From: Pseudomonas aeruginosa PAO1
GTDB lineage: Bacteria; Pseudomonadota; Gammaproteobacteria; Pseudomonadales; Pseudomonadaceae
DNA: 64,000 bases
Assembly: GCF_000006765.1 (NCBI RefSeq)
Contig: NC_002516.2
Direction: 5' to 3' (one strand)
The notes under the pieces are model-generated. The model ran no database searches and was not told the DNA's origin. It saw nothing but the letters and a program-made list of their open reading frames with translations. This document shows, in pieces, positions 1 to 8,885 of this stretch. Position numbers and translations under genes: made by a program. The first letter of the stretch is position 1; every line of letters begins with the position of its first letter.

Positions 1-536
1 ACGCAGAAGAAAAAGCCGATGCCGAGCAGGATGGCCACCCCGCCGGGCAGGATGAACGCCGCACGCCAACCGAAGTGCGCGGTGAGAAAGCCGGTAAGCA
101 GCGCGGCGAAGGCGACCCCGAGGTTACCCCACATGCCGTTGATGCCGATCTCGCGGCCGCGGTTCTCCGCGTGTGCCACCAGCATCGCGGTGCCGACCGG
201 GTGGTAGATCGCGGCGAATACCCCGATCAGGGTCAGCCCGGTCACCAGCATCGGTACGCTGCCGGCCAGCCCGGTGAGCAGTGCGGCGGCGCCGATACCG
301 AAGAAGAACAGCAGCATCATCCGCCGCCGGCTCCAGGTATCGCCCAGCCAGCCGGCCGGCAGCGAACAGGCGCCGAAGGCGATGAAACCGCCCAGCGACA
401 GGCCGATCAGACCGGCGTAGTCGAGGTCGAAGCTGCCGGCCATGCCGAGCACGGCGGCGGGGAAGATCAGCATGAACATGTGGTCGATGACATGCGCGGC
501 GTTGATGAAGCGGATAACGGTTCGAGGTCGGTTCAT
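1..536 (-). CDS. MFS transporter, 5' part (runs off window start)
   Basis: Minus-strand frame from ATG at 536 reads MNRPRTVIRFINAAHVIDHMFMLIFP...GWLGDTWSRRR, with hydrophobic helices and an MFS motif-A-like loop. No stop before base 1. Confidence 0.85.
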   Translation of the reverse strand, partial: MNRPRTVIRFINAAHVIDHMFMLIFPAAVLGMAGSFDLDYAGLIGLSLGGFIAFGACSLPAGWLGDTWSRRRMMLLFFFGIGAAALLTGLAGSVPMLVTGLTLIGVFAAIYHPVGTAMLVAHAENRGREIGINGMWGNLGVAFAALLTGFLTAHFGWRAAFILPGGVAILLGIGFFFC

Positions 537-592
537 GGCGTGCGGCCTGAATGGTCGGTGAGGAATGGGCGTCATGACCCGGGCATGATAGG

Positions 593-1426
593 TTGACCGA
601 AAAGCGCAGACAGGACAGCGAGGTCATCGAAACGGACATGCTGATCGAGCACCGCCCGGACGGCCTGCTGGCCGCCATCTCCCTCGACTTCCCCGACGGC
701 CATCACCTGGGGCGGCATTTCCACCCGCAGGCGCAGTTCCTCTACGCCGCTCGCGGCCTGATGCGCCTGGCCACCCACCACGGCGCCTGGGTGATCCCGC
801 CGACCCGCGCGGTATGGATTCCGCCCCGGGTGGAGCACGAGATATTCATGTCCGGCGAGGTGCACATGCGCACCCTGTTCATCGAGCAACCCGAAACGCC
901 GACACCGCTAAGCGACTGTTGCGTACTGGCGGTGACGCCGCTGCTGCGGGAAATGATCCTGCGCGCCATCCACCTCGAGAGCCAGCCGCGCCTGGACGAC
1001 TTCTGCCAGCGCCTGCAAGGGCTGATCCTCAGCGAGATCGCCAACCTCGAACGGATGCCGCTGTACCTGCCGATGCCCCGCGACCGCCGCTTGCAGGCGA
1101 TCTGCCAGGCATTGCTGAAACAGCCGGAACTGGGGCTGACCCTCGATGACTGGGGCCTGCGGGTCGGCGCCAGCTCGCGCACCCTGGCGCGGCTGTTCGC
1201 CCAGGAACTGCAGATGAGCTTCCATGAGTGGCGCCAGCAACTGCGCCTGACCGAAGCCCTGCCGCGCCTGCTGGCCGGCGACAGCGTGCAGGTGGTCGCC
1301 CGCGACCTCGGCTACGGCAGTACGCGGGCCTTCAGCAGCATGTTCCGCCGCCTGCTCGGCGAAACCCCGCGCGACTACCTGGGGCGACTGGAGCAACTGG
1401 CACGGGTCAGGGGCCGCGAGGACTGA
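593..1426 (+). CDS. AraC-family transcriptional regulator with cupin sensor domain (start may be ATG 638)
   Basis: HFHPQAQFLYA cupin motif; C-terminal SSRTLARLF...LGYGSTRAFSSMFRR double HTH; divergent from the MFS gene. Confidence 0.9.
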   Translation: MTEKRRQDSEVIETDMLIEHRPDGLLAAISLDFPDGHHLGRHFHPQAQFLYAARGLMRLATHHGAWVIPPTRAVWIPPRVEHEIFMSGEVHMRTLFIEQPETPTPLSDCCVLAVTPLLREMILRAIHLESQPRLDDFCQRLQGLILSEIANLERMPLYLPMPRDRRLQAICQALLKQPELGLTLDDWGLRVGASSRTLARLFAQELQMSFHEWRQQLRLTEALPRLLAGDSVQVVARDLGYGSTRAFSSMFRRLLGETPRDYLGRLEQLARVRGRED

Positions 1427-1460
1427 TGCCCCACGGCGCAACGCCAAGCAATGGCGAATC

Positions 1461-1560
1461 GGCGGATAACGCCTGCGTCGTTATTCGCCCTACCAAGGCT
1501 TCAGTAGGGCGCATCCGCCGCTCCCGTAGGGCGGATAACCGCAGCGCGGCTATCCGCCGA
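1461..1560. repeat. REP (GTAG-family) palindrome cluster
   Basis: 1461-1493 is the reverse complement of GTAGGGCGAATAAC...GTTATCCGCC; 1526-1560 is GTAGGGCGGATAACCGCAGCGCGGCTATCCGCCGA; truncated copy GTAGGGCGCATCCGCC at 1504. Lies between convergent genes. Confidence 0.8.
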
Positions 1561-1640
1561 ACCGGCCTGGATGGTGCAAGGCGGGAACGCGAGGATTGAC
1601 GCCCTAGGGCGCAACACCGAGCACTGGCGGATCGGCGGAC

Positions 1641-1691
1641 AAAAAGAAGCCCTCCAGCGGAGGGCTCTCGGAAAAGGGCGCCGGAGCGCCC
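1641..1691 (-). terminator. Tandem intrinsic terminators of the cioAB operon
   Basis: Hairpins AGCCCTCC-agc-GGAGGGCT and GGGCGC-cgga-GCGCCC, each preceded by an A-run on + (U-tract on -). Confidence 0.7.
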
Positions 1692-1706
1692 GGATGGGAT
1701 CGTCGA

Positions 1707-1877
1707 TCAGTGCGGGACGCCCAGCCCCGCCGCGCTCATGAACAGGCGCATCAGCCAGGCGGCGACGCCCAGGGCCAGCACGCTGGCGGTCCAGATACCC
1801 GCCAGCCAGGCCAGGCGTCGCCAGAGCGGTGGCTTGGCCGCGCTATCTCGTTCGGGATGACTCGGCGTACGGACCAT
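1707..1877 (-). CDS. Small membrane protein (DUF2474-type) of the cio operon
   Basis: 56 aa, LWRRLAWLAGIWTASVLALG; GAGGAGG RBS upstream of ATG 1877; directly follows cioB. Confidence 0.85.
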   Translation of the reverse strand: MVRTPSHPERDSAAKPPLWRRLAWLAGIWTASVLALGVAAWLMRLFMSAAGLGVPH

Positions 1878-1890
1878 ATGCGGCGCCTCC

Positions 1891-2898
1891 TCAGTGATAG
1901 CCATCGCCGTGCTTCACCTTGCCGCGGAACACGTAGTAGCTCCAGGCGGTGTAGCCGAGGATGAAGGGAATGATGAACAGCGCGCCGACCAGCATGAAGC
2001 CCTGGCTCTGCGGCGGCGCCGAGGCCTCCCAGATGCTCACCGCCGGCGGGATGATGTTCGGCCACAGGCTGATCCCCAGGCCGCTGTAGCCGAGGAAGAT
2101 CAACACCAGGGTGAGCACGAACGGCTTCACGTGGTCGTTGTTGGCCACCGAGCGCAGCAGCGCATAGAAGGTCACCAGGACCAGGATCGGCACCGGCAGG
2201 AACCAGAACAGGTTCGGCAGGCTGAACCAGCGTGCGGCGATCTCGGCATGGGCCAGCGGCGTCCACAGGCTGACCACCCCGATGATCGCCAGCAGCACCA
2301 ACGCCAGCGGGCGCGCCAGGTCGTGCATGCGCTCCTGCAGGCGGCCTTCGGTCTTCATGATCAGCCAGGTGCAGCCGAGCAGGGTGTAGGCGACGATCAG
2401 GGCCAGGCCGCAGAACAGCGGGAACGGCGCGATCCAGTCCAGCGAACCGCCGGCGAAGCTGCGGTTCTCCACCGGGATGCCTTCGATGAAGGCGCCCAGC
2501 GCCACGCCCTGGAAGAAGGTCGCCACCAGCGAACCGCCGATGAACGCCTTGTCCCAGATGTGCTGCTTGGCCGGCTTGGCCTTGAAGCGGAACTCGAAGG
2601 CGACGCCGCGGAAGATCAGCCCGACGAGCATGAAGATCAACGGCAGGTAGAGCGCCGACAGGACCACCGCGTAGGCCAGCGGGAAGGCCCCGAACAACGC
2701 CGCGCCGCCCAGCACCAGCCAGGTCTCGTTGCCGTCCCAGACCGGCGCCACGGTGTTCATCATCACATCGCGGTCGCCGCTGTCCTTGAAGAACGGATAG
2801 AGCATGCCGATGCCCAGGTCGAAGCCGTCCATCACCACGTACATCATGATGCCGAAGATGATGATGACCGCCCAGATGAGGGGAAGATCGATACCCAT
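1891..2898 (-). CDS. cioB: Cyanide-insensitive (bd-type) quinol oxidase subunit II
   Basis: MYVVMDGFDLGIG and PVWDGNETWLVLGG are CydB motifs. Confidence 0.97.
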   Translation of the reverse strand: MGIDLPLIWAVIIIFGIMMYVVMDGFDLGIGMLYPFFKDSGDRDVMMNTVAPVWDGNETWLVLGGAALFGAFPLAYAVVLSALYLPLIFMLVGLIFRGVAFEFRFKAKPAKQHIWDKAFIGGSLVATFFQGVALGAFIEGIPVENRSFAGGSLDWIAPFPLFCGLALIVAYTLLGCTWLIMKTEGRLQERMHDLARPLALVLLAIIGVVSLWTPLAHAEIAARWFSLPNLFWFLPVPILVLVTFYALLRSVANNDHVKPFVLTLVLIFLGYSGLGISLWPNIIPPAVSIWEASAPPQSQGFMLVGALFIIPFILGYTAWSYYVFRGKVKHGDGYH

Positions 2899-2901
2899 GT
2901 C

Positions 2902-4368
2902 TCAGTTCCTCTTGTCCTGGTCGCGGTCGGCCGCTTGCGCGTGGCCGTCGTGCTCTTCGTCGAAACCTTCGCCGGCGGCCGACAACGGCCGTGCCGGCGT
3001 GCGCTTCTGCCCGGCGCCTCCCGGGTTGGTCTCGCGTCCCTCATGGGTGACCGGGCCCTTGCGCACCAGGCGCATCATGTAGCCGATACCGACGCCGAAC
3101 AGCGAGAAGTACACCACCACGAAGGTCAGCAGGGTCAGGCTCATCTGCGTCACGCTCTGCGCCGAGGAGGCGTCGGCGGTGCGCATCAGTCCGTAGACCA
3201 CCCAGGGCTGGCGGCCCATCTCGGTGGTGAACCAGCCGGCGAGGATCGCGATCAGGCCGGACGGTCCCATCAGCAGGGTCAGGCGCAGGAAGGCCTTCGA
3301 GTTGAACAGCTTGTCCTGGCCGCGCCAGCGCAGCCACAGGCTCCAGACGCCGACCAGGATCATCAGCATGCCGAGGCCGGCCATGATCCGGAACGACCAG
3401 AACACCACGGTGGAGTTCGGCCGGTCTTCCGGCGGGAAGTCCTTCAGCGCCGGGATCGGCTCGGTCAGGCTGTGCTTGAGGATCAGGCTGCCGAGCACCG
3501 GGATCTCCACCTTGAAGCGGGTTTCCTCGCGCTGCATGTCCGGCCAGCCGAACAGGATCAGCGGGGTCGGCTCGCCGCTGCTGTTGTCCCAGTGGCCTTC
3601 CATCGCGGCGATCTTCGCCGGCTGGTGCTCCAGGGTATTGAGGCCATGGGCGTCGCCGATCAGCGCCTGTACCGGGGCGACGATCAGCGCCATCCACATG
3701 GCCATCGAGAGCATCTTGCGGATCGCCGGGTTGTCGCGCCCGCGCAGCAGGTGCCAGGCGGCCGAGGCGCCGACGAAGAAGGCGGTGGCGAGGAACGCGG
3801 CGACCGACATGTGCAGCAGGCGGTAGGGGAACGACGGGTTGAAGATCACCGCCAGCCAGTCCACCGGGATCACCCGGCCGTCGACGATCTCGAAACCCTG
3901 CGGGGTCTGCATCCAGCTGTTGGAAGCGAGGATCCAGAACGTCGAGATCAGCGTGCCGATCGCCACCATCACCGTGGCGAAGAAATGCAGGCCCGGTCCC
4001 ACGCGGTTCCAGCCGAACAGCATGACCCCGAGGAAACCGGCCTCGAGGAAGAACGCGGTGAGCACCTCGTAGGTCAGCAGCGGACCGGTGATGGACCCGG
4101 CGAAGTCGGAGAAATGGCTCCAGTTGGTGCCGAACTGGTACGCCATGACCAGCCCGGACACCACGCCCATGCCGAAGTTGACCGCGAAAATCTTCGACCA
4201 GAAATGATAGAGGTCGCGGTAGACCTCTTCGTTCGTTTTCAGCCAGAGGCCTTCCAGTACGGCCAGGTAGCTGGCCAACCCGATGGTGATCGCCGGGAAG
4301 ATGATGTGGAAGGACACGGTGAACGCGAACTGGATGCGGGCAAGGTCGATAGCCTCCAATCCGAACAT
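2902..4368 (-). CDS. cioA: Cyanide-insensitive (bd-type) quinol oxidase subunit I
   Basis: LARIQFAFTVSFHIIFP, QPAKIAAMEG and GWFTTEMGRQPW are CydA motifs. Confidence 0.97.
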   Translation of the reverse strand: MFGLEAIDLARIQFAFTVSFHIIFPAITIGLASYLAVLEGLWLKTNEEVYRDLYHFWSKIFAVNFGMGVVSGLVMAYQFGTNWSHFSDFAGSITGPLLTYEVLTAFFLEAGFLGVMLFGWNRVGPGLHFFATVMVAIGTLISTFWILASNSWMQTPQGFEIVDGRVIPVDWLAVIFNPSFPYRLLHMSVAAFLATAFFVGASAAWHLLRGRDNPAIRKMLSMAMWMALIVAPVQALIGDAHGLNTLEHQPAKIAAMEGHWDNSSGEPTPLILFGWPDMQREETRFKVEIPVLGSLILKHSLTEPIPALKDFPPEDRPNSTVVFWSFRIMAGLGMLMILVGVWSLWLRWRGQDKLFNSKAFLRLTLLMGPSGLIAILAGWFTTEMGRQPWVVYGLMRTADASSAQSVTQMSLTLLTFVVVYFSLFGVGIGYMMRLVRKGPVTHEGRETNPGGAGQKRTPARPLSAAGEGFDEEHDGHAQAADRDQDKRN

Positions 4369-4557
4369 GGCAACTCCTCTTCAGGTTCTCGGCCCTTCCG
4401 GCTTACGTGCGGATTCGGCCGTGCTTCCTCACGCGCAACGCTACGCAAGGTTTTGGAACACATCCTTCAGCTATCGTTCTTGTCATTGGAAAGCGACCGC
4501 AGCCCTGGATGGCAGGAATGCGGGAAGGGTCGCAAGCAGATTCCCGGACCGCCCGCC

Positions 4558-4571
4558 TTGATGCAGAGCAA
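4558..4571. promoter_or_regulatory. Putative ANR/FNR box upstream of cioA
   Basis: TTGAT-GCAG-AGCAA, one mismatch to TTGAT-N4-ATCAA. Confidence 0.5.
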
Positions 4572-4744
4572 TTCGGTACGAAAATCTTACCCGTTAGCCT
4601 AGACCGTCCTGCTGTGGTCGGTTGTCGCGAGACAAATTGCCTCAGCTCTCTCATATTCATTAATAGAATATAAAAATAAACAAATAATATTTTTATGGAA
4701 TAAAAAGAGTCGCTACTCTCCCCTTCAAGCCGCCCCTCGCGTGT

Positions 4745-4760
4745 TGGCGCCCCTCCTTCA
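4745..4760 (+). promoter_or_regulatory. Putative non-canonical sigma54 (-24/-12) promoter
   Basis: TGGCGC-CCCT-CCTTCA: GG-N10-TC instead of GG-N10-GC, 45 nt before the CDS. Same form as at 32096. Confidence 0.5.
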
Positions 4761-4805
4761 CCGCCCTGCGCGCAGCGGCGGACATCGCCCTACAAGGATC
4801 GAAGA

Positions 4806-5585
4806 ATGAAAAAACTGCTCCTGCTGACTGCCCTGGCCTCCGTCATCAGCGTTTCCGCCAGCGCCGCGGAAAAGCTCATCGTCGCCGCCACGCCGATCCC
4901 CCATGCGGAAATCCTCGAACTCATCAAGCCGACCCTGGCGAAGGAAGGCGTCGACCTGCAGATCAAGGTGTTCACCGACTACGTGCAGCCCAACGTGCAG
5001 GTCGCCGAGAAGCGCCTGGACGCCAACTACTTCCAGACCCTGCCGTACCTGGAGAACTTCAACAAAGGCAAGGGCACCAACCTGGTCACCGTGGTCGGCG
5101 TACACGTCGAGCCCTTCGGTGGTTATTCGAGGAAATACAAGTCGCTGGCCGAGTTGCCCGACGGCGCCACCGTCGCCATTCCCAACGAAGGCAGCAACAG
5201 CGGGCGCGCCCTGCTGCTGTTGCAGAAGGCCGGCCTGCTCAAGTTGAAGGATCCGAACAACGCCCTGGCCACGCCCAAGGACATCGCCGAGAACCCGAAG
5301 AACCTGAAATTCAAGGAACTCGAATCGGCCCTGCTGCCGCGCGTGCTGGACCAGGTCGACCTGGACCTGATCAACACCAACTACGCGCTGGAGGCCAAGC
5401 TCAACCCGGCCAAGGACGCGCTGGTCCTGGAAGACCGCGACTCGCCCTATGTGAACTACCTGGTGGCGCGTCCGGACAACAAGGACAGCGACGCCCTGAA
5501 GAAGCTTTCCGCCGCGCTGACCAGCCCGGAAGTGAAAGCCTTCATCGAGAAGAAATATGCCGGCGCGGTGGTCCCGGCCTTCTGA
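4806..5585 (+). CDS. MetQ/NlpA-family ABC substrate-binding protein (methionine/organosulfur type)
   Basis: VFTDYVQPN, ANYFQTLPYL, VAIPNEGSNSGRALLLL, INTNYAL; signal peptide with no lipobox Cys. Confidence 0.92.
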   Translation: MKKLLLLTALASVISVSASAAEKLIVAATPIPHAEILELIKPTLAKEGVDLQIKVFTDYVQPNVQVAEKRLDANYFQTLPYLENFNKGKGTNLVTVVGVHVEPFGGYSRKYKSLAELPDGATVAIPNEGSNSGRALLLLQKAGLLKLKDPNNALATPKDIAENPKNLKFKELESALLPRVLDQVDLDLINTNYALEAKLNPAKDALVLEDRDSPYVNYLVARPDNKDSDALKKLSAALTSPEVKAFIEKKYAGAVVPAF

Positions 5586-5637
5586 CCCCAGCCCGTCCCG
5601 ACTCCCACGCTGGGCGCCGTTGCAGCGCCCCTTGTTC

Positions 5638-5675
5638 ACGCCGGTGTCGCATGGCTTGCACCGGCGTTTCTTTTT
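5638..5675 (+). terminator. Intrinsic terminator after the MetQ-like gene
   Basis: 9-bp stem ACGCCGGTG/CACCGGCGT followed by TTCTTTTT. Confidence 0.7.
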
Positions 5676-5759
5676 CCGCAACGGCCCCCGCCCGCAGCCG
5701 TTCCGGCCGTCGTCGCGGCGCAGGCGCTGGAGGCGCCCCGTGCCGCCAAGGAGTTACCC

Positions 5760-6734
5760 ATGAGCGAGAAACCACGCCCCGCGCCGCTGACCTTCCCCGA
5801 CGCCGACCGCAGTCCGCTGAGCATCCGCGCCAAGGCCCTGGTGTTCTTCGACCCACGCTCGCACCGGGTCCGCGAAGAACTCGAGCGCCTCGCGCCACAG
5901 GGCCAGCCGGTGCTGATCGAAGGCGAGACCGGCACCGGCAAGGAGTTGCTCGCCCGGCAGATCCACCGCCACAGCGAACGCGCCGGTCTGTTCGTCGCGG
6001 TCAGTTGCAGCGCCCTCAGTCGCAACCACGCCGAAGCCGAGCTGTTCGGCTATGCCCCCGGTACCCACAACGGCCCGGTCGGCAGCCGCGCCGGCTGGTT
6101 CGGTTCGGCCAATGGCGGCACCCTGTACCTGGACGAGATCGCCGACCTGCCGCTGACGCTGCAGGCCAGGCTGCTACAGACGCTGGAGGAACGCGAGGTG
6201 CTGCGGGTCGGCGCGCAGCAGCCGATTCCCCATGACGTGCGCCTGGTCACCGCCACCAGCGTCGACCTGGACCAGGCGGTGCGCGCCGGCAAGTTCCTGG
6301 CCGGCCTGCAACAATACCTGCACGACGGCCGCCTGAGCCTGCCGCCATTGCGCGAACGTCCGGGAGACATCCTGCCGCTGGCGGAATACTTCATCGGCGT
6401 CTATGCCCAGCGCCTGGACCTGCCGGTGCCGGCCATCGGCGTGGAAACCCAGCGGGTCCTCGAGAGCTATCCCTGGCCAGGCAACATCCGCGAGCTGGAA
6501 AACGTCGTCCACTTCGCCCTGCTGGTCAGCGACAAGGAAGAAATCCTGCCGCAGCATCTGAATTTTGGCGGAACAACGCCAGACCCATCGCTGGCCGGTC
6601 TGCGGCGCCTGCTCGGCCAAGCCGGAGCGCCGTCGCTGGAGCAGGTACAGGCCCTGCTCCTGCAACTGGCCACCGAGCAGGCAGGCGGCGACGAGGAGGC
6701 GGGAAGGCGGCGCCTGGGACTGGCGGCGAACTGA
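5760..6734 (+). CDS. Sigma54-interaction-domain (bEBP-like) regulator with degenerate motifs
   Basis: Walker A GETGTGKE, Walker B LYLDEI and WPGNIRELEN are present. The GAFTGA position reads GTHNGP. No N-terminal sensor domain. Confidence 0.88.
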   Translation: MSEKPRPAPLTFPDADRSPLSIRAKALVFFDPRSHRVREELERLAPQGQPVLIEGETGTGKELLARQIHRHSERAGLFVAVSCSALSRNHAEAELFGYAPGTHNGPVGSRAGWFGSANGGTLYLDEIADLPLTLQARLLQTLEEREVLRVGAQQPIPHDVRLVTATSVDLDQAVRAGKFLAGLQQYLHDGRLSLPPLRERPGDILPLAEYFIGVYAQRLDLPVPAIGVETQRVLESYPWPGNIRELENVVHFALLVSDKEEILPQHLNFGGTTPDPSLAGLRRLLGQAGAPSLEQVQALLLQLATEQAGGDEEAGRRRLGLAAN

Positions 6735-6822
6735 AGGAATCCTTCGGCGAACGTGCGGGAAAAGCGCGGCGCCGAAGGCTTCCATACGTCCGAAGGATTG
6801 GCTCCCGGGCCCTTGATCGTGT

Positions 6823-6844
6823 TTATATTGAACGCTTGATCAAA
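6823..6844. promoter_or_regulatory. BetI operator upstream of betT3
   Basis: TTATATTGAACG-CTTG-ATCAAA closely matches the recalled E. coli BetI operator TTATATTGAACG-TCCA-ATCAAT and precedes a choline BCCT gene. Confidence 0.7.
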
Positions 6845-6923
6845 TTAAGGACGAGGAGACCAGCCTGTTTTGACTGACGCACAATCGCCCTCCGCCACCC
6901 CCTCCACCCCCACGCCCATCCGC

Positions 6924-8885
6924 ATGAATCCCCCGGTGTTCTACGGTGCGGCGATCCTGATCCTGCTGTTCGCCGCAGTGGTCATCGGCTTCCCCCAGCG
7001 CGCCGGCGAATGGCTGCTGGCCGCGCAGACCTGGGCCTCGCAGACCGTCGGCTGGTACTACCTGCTGGCGATGACGCTGTACCTGATCTTCGTGGTGGTC
7101 ACCGCGCTTTCCGGCTACGGCAAGATCAAGCTCGGTGCCGACCACGACGAGCCGGAATTCAGCTACCTGTCCTGGGCCGGCATGCTGTTCGCCGCCGGCA
7201 TCAGCATCACCCTGTTCTTCTTCTGCGTATCCGAACCGCTGACCCACTTCCTCCAGCCGCCGCAAGGCGAGGCCGGTACCCAGGAAGCCGCGCGGCAGGC
7301 CATGGAACTGCTGTTCCTGCACTGGGGCCTGCACGGCTGGGGCGTATTCGCCCTGGTGGCGATGGCGCTGGCCTACTTCGCCTACCGCCACAACCTGCCG
7401 CTGGCCCTGCGCTCGGCGCTCTACCCGTTGATCGGCAAGCGCATCAACGGGCCGATCGGCTACACGGTGGACTGCTTCGGCATCATCGCCACGGTGTTCG
7501 GCCTCGGCGCCGACATGGGCTTCGGCGTGCTCCAGCTCAACTCCGGGCTGGACTACCTGTACGCCATCCCGCATACCCACCCGGTGCAGATGGCGCTCAT
7601 CGTGTTGATGATGGGCGCGGCGATCTCGGTGGCGGTCTCCGGGGTCGACAAGGGCATCCGCATCCTCTCCGACATCAACATGCTGCTGGCCTGCAGCCTG
7701 CTGCTGTTCGTGCTGTTCGCCGGTCCGACCCAGCACCTGCTCAACACCCTGGTGCAGAACGTCGGCGACTACCTCGGCCACCTGCCGGGCAAGAGCTTCG
7801 ACCTCTACGCCTACGGCGGCCCCAGCGACTGGCTGGGCTCGTGGACGGTGTTCTACTGGGCCTGGTGGATCGCCTGGGCGCCCTTCGTCGGCCTGTTCAT
7901 CGCGCGCATCTCGCGCGGCCGGACGATCCGCGAATTCGTCTTCGGCGTGCTGTTCATCCCGCTCGGCTTCACCCTGGCGTGGATGTCGATCTTCGGCAAC
8001 AGCGCCCTGGAGCAGGCCCTCGGCGGCGCCAGCGAACTCGGCCGGGTGGCCATCGAGCAGCCGTCGATGGCCCTCTACCAGATGCTTCAGAACTACCCTT
8101 GGAGCCGCGCGGTGATCACCGTCACGGTGCTGGTCAGCTTCGTCTTCTTCGTCACCTCGGCGGACTCCGGCACCGTGGTCCTCTCCACCCTCTCCGCCCA
8201 CGGCGGCAGCGCCGACGACGACGGGCCGAAGTGGCTGCGGGTGTTCTGGGGCTCGGTCACCGCGCTGGTCACCGGCGGGCTGCTGTTCGCCGGCAGCATC
8301 GACGCGCTGAAGTCGGCGGTGGTGCTGACCTCCCTGCCCTTCTCGCTGATCCTGCTATTGATGATGTGGGGCCTGCACAAGGCCTTCTACATGGAGTCGC
8401 AGCGCCAGCGGGCGCGGAGCCACTCCCTGGCGCCGCTGATGAGCGGCAACGGCAAGCGCTCCGGCGGCTGGAAGCGACGCCTGTCGCAGGCCGTGCACTT
8501 CCCCTCGCGGGACGAGGTGTACCGCTTCATGAACGACGTGGTGCGCCCGGCGATCAGCGAGGTTTCCGAGGTGTTCCGCGAGAAGGGCCTGGCGGTGGAC
8601 GCCCAGCTCGACCCGGGCAACGCCTCGCTGAGCCTGGAGATCGGTCATGGCGAGCAGCATCGGTTCCTCTACCAGGTGCTGATGCGCGGCTACTTCACGC
8701 CGTCCTTCGCGCGTGCCGGCATGGGCGGCCTGCACCTGAAGAACCGCCGCTACTTCCGTGCCGAGGTGCATCTCGCCGAAGGTAGCCAGGACTACGATCT
8801 GATGGGCTACACCAAGGAGCAGATCATCAACGACATGCTCGACCAGTACGAGCGGCACCTCCAGTTCCTGCACCTGGTGCGTTGA
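6924..8885 (+). CDS. betT3: BCCT-family choline transporter
   Basis: SWAGMLFAAG, LFLHWGLHGW and WTVFYWAWWIAWAPFVGLFIARISRGRT motifs; long C-terminal cytoplasmic domain. Confidence 0.92.
   Translation: MNPPVFYGAAILILLFAAVVIGFPQRAGEWLLAAQTWASQTVGWYYLLAMTLYLIFVVVTALSGYGKIKLGADHDEPEFSYLSWAGMLFAAGISITLFFFCVSEPLTHFLQPPQGEAGTQEAARQAMELLFLHWGLHGWGVFALVAMALAYFAYRHNLPLALRSALYPLIGKRINGPIGYTVDCFGIIATVFGLGADMGFGVLQLNSGLDYLYAIPHTHPVQMALIVLMMGAAISVAVSGVDKGIRILSDINMLLACSLLLFVLFAGPTQHLLNTLVQNVGDYLGHLPGKSFDLYAYGGPSDWLGSWTVFYWAWWIAWAPFVGLFIARISRGRTIREFVFGVLFIPLGFTLAWMSIFGNSALEQALGGASELGRVAIEQPSMALYQMLQNYPWSRAVITVTVLVSFVFFVTSADSGTVVLSTLSAHGGSADDDGPKWLRVFWGSVTALVTGGLLFAGSIDALKSAVVLTSLPFSLILLLMMWGLHKAFYMESQRQRARSHSLAPLMSGNGKRSGGWKRRLSQAVHFPSRDEVYRFMNDVVRPAISEVSEVFREKGLAVDAQLDPGNASLSLEIGHGEQHRFLYQVLMRGYFTPSFARAGMGGLHLKNRRYFRAEVHLAEGSQDYDLMGYTKEQIINDMLDQYERHLQFLHLVR

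Noticed and set aside
1894-4602. 902-aa plus-strand ORF, and similar long ORFs such as 8948-11035, 48899-50788 and 61469-63340
   Set aside because: Antisense shadows of real genes caused by high-GC codon bias; no recognisable motifs or RBS.
5645-5660. TGTCGC-N5-TTGCA sigma54-like promoter
   Set aside because: The -24 GG is absent and the sequence lies within the terminator hairpin.
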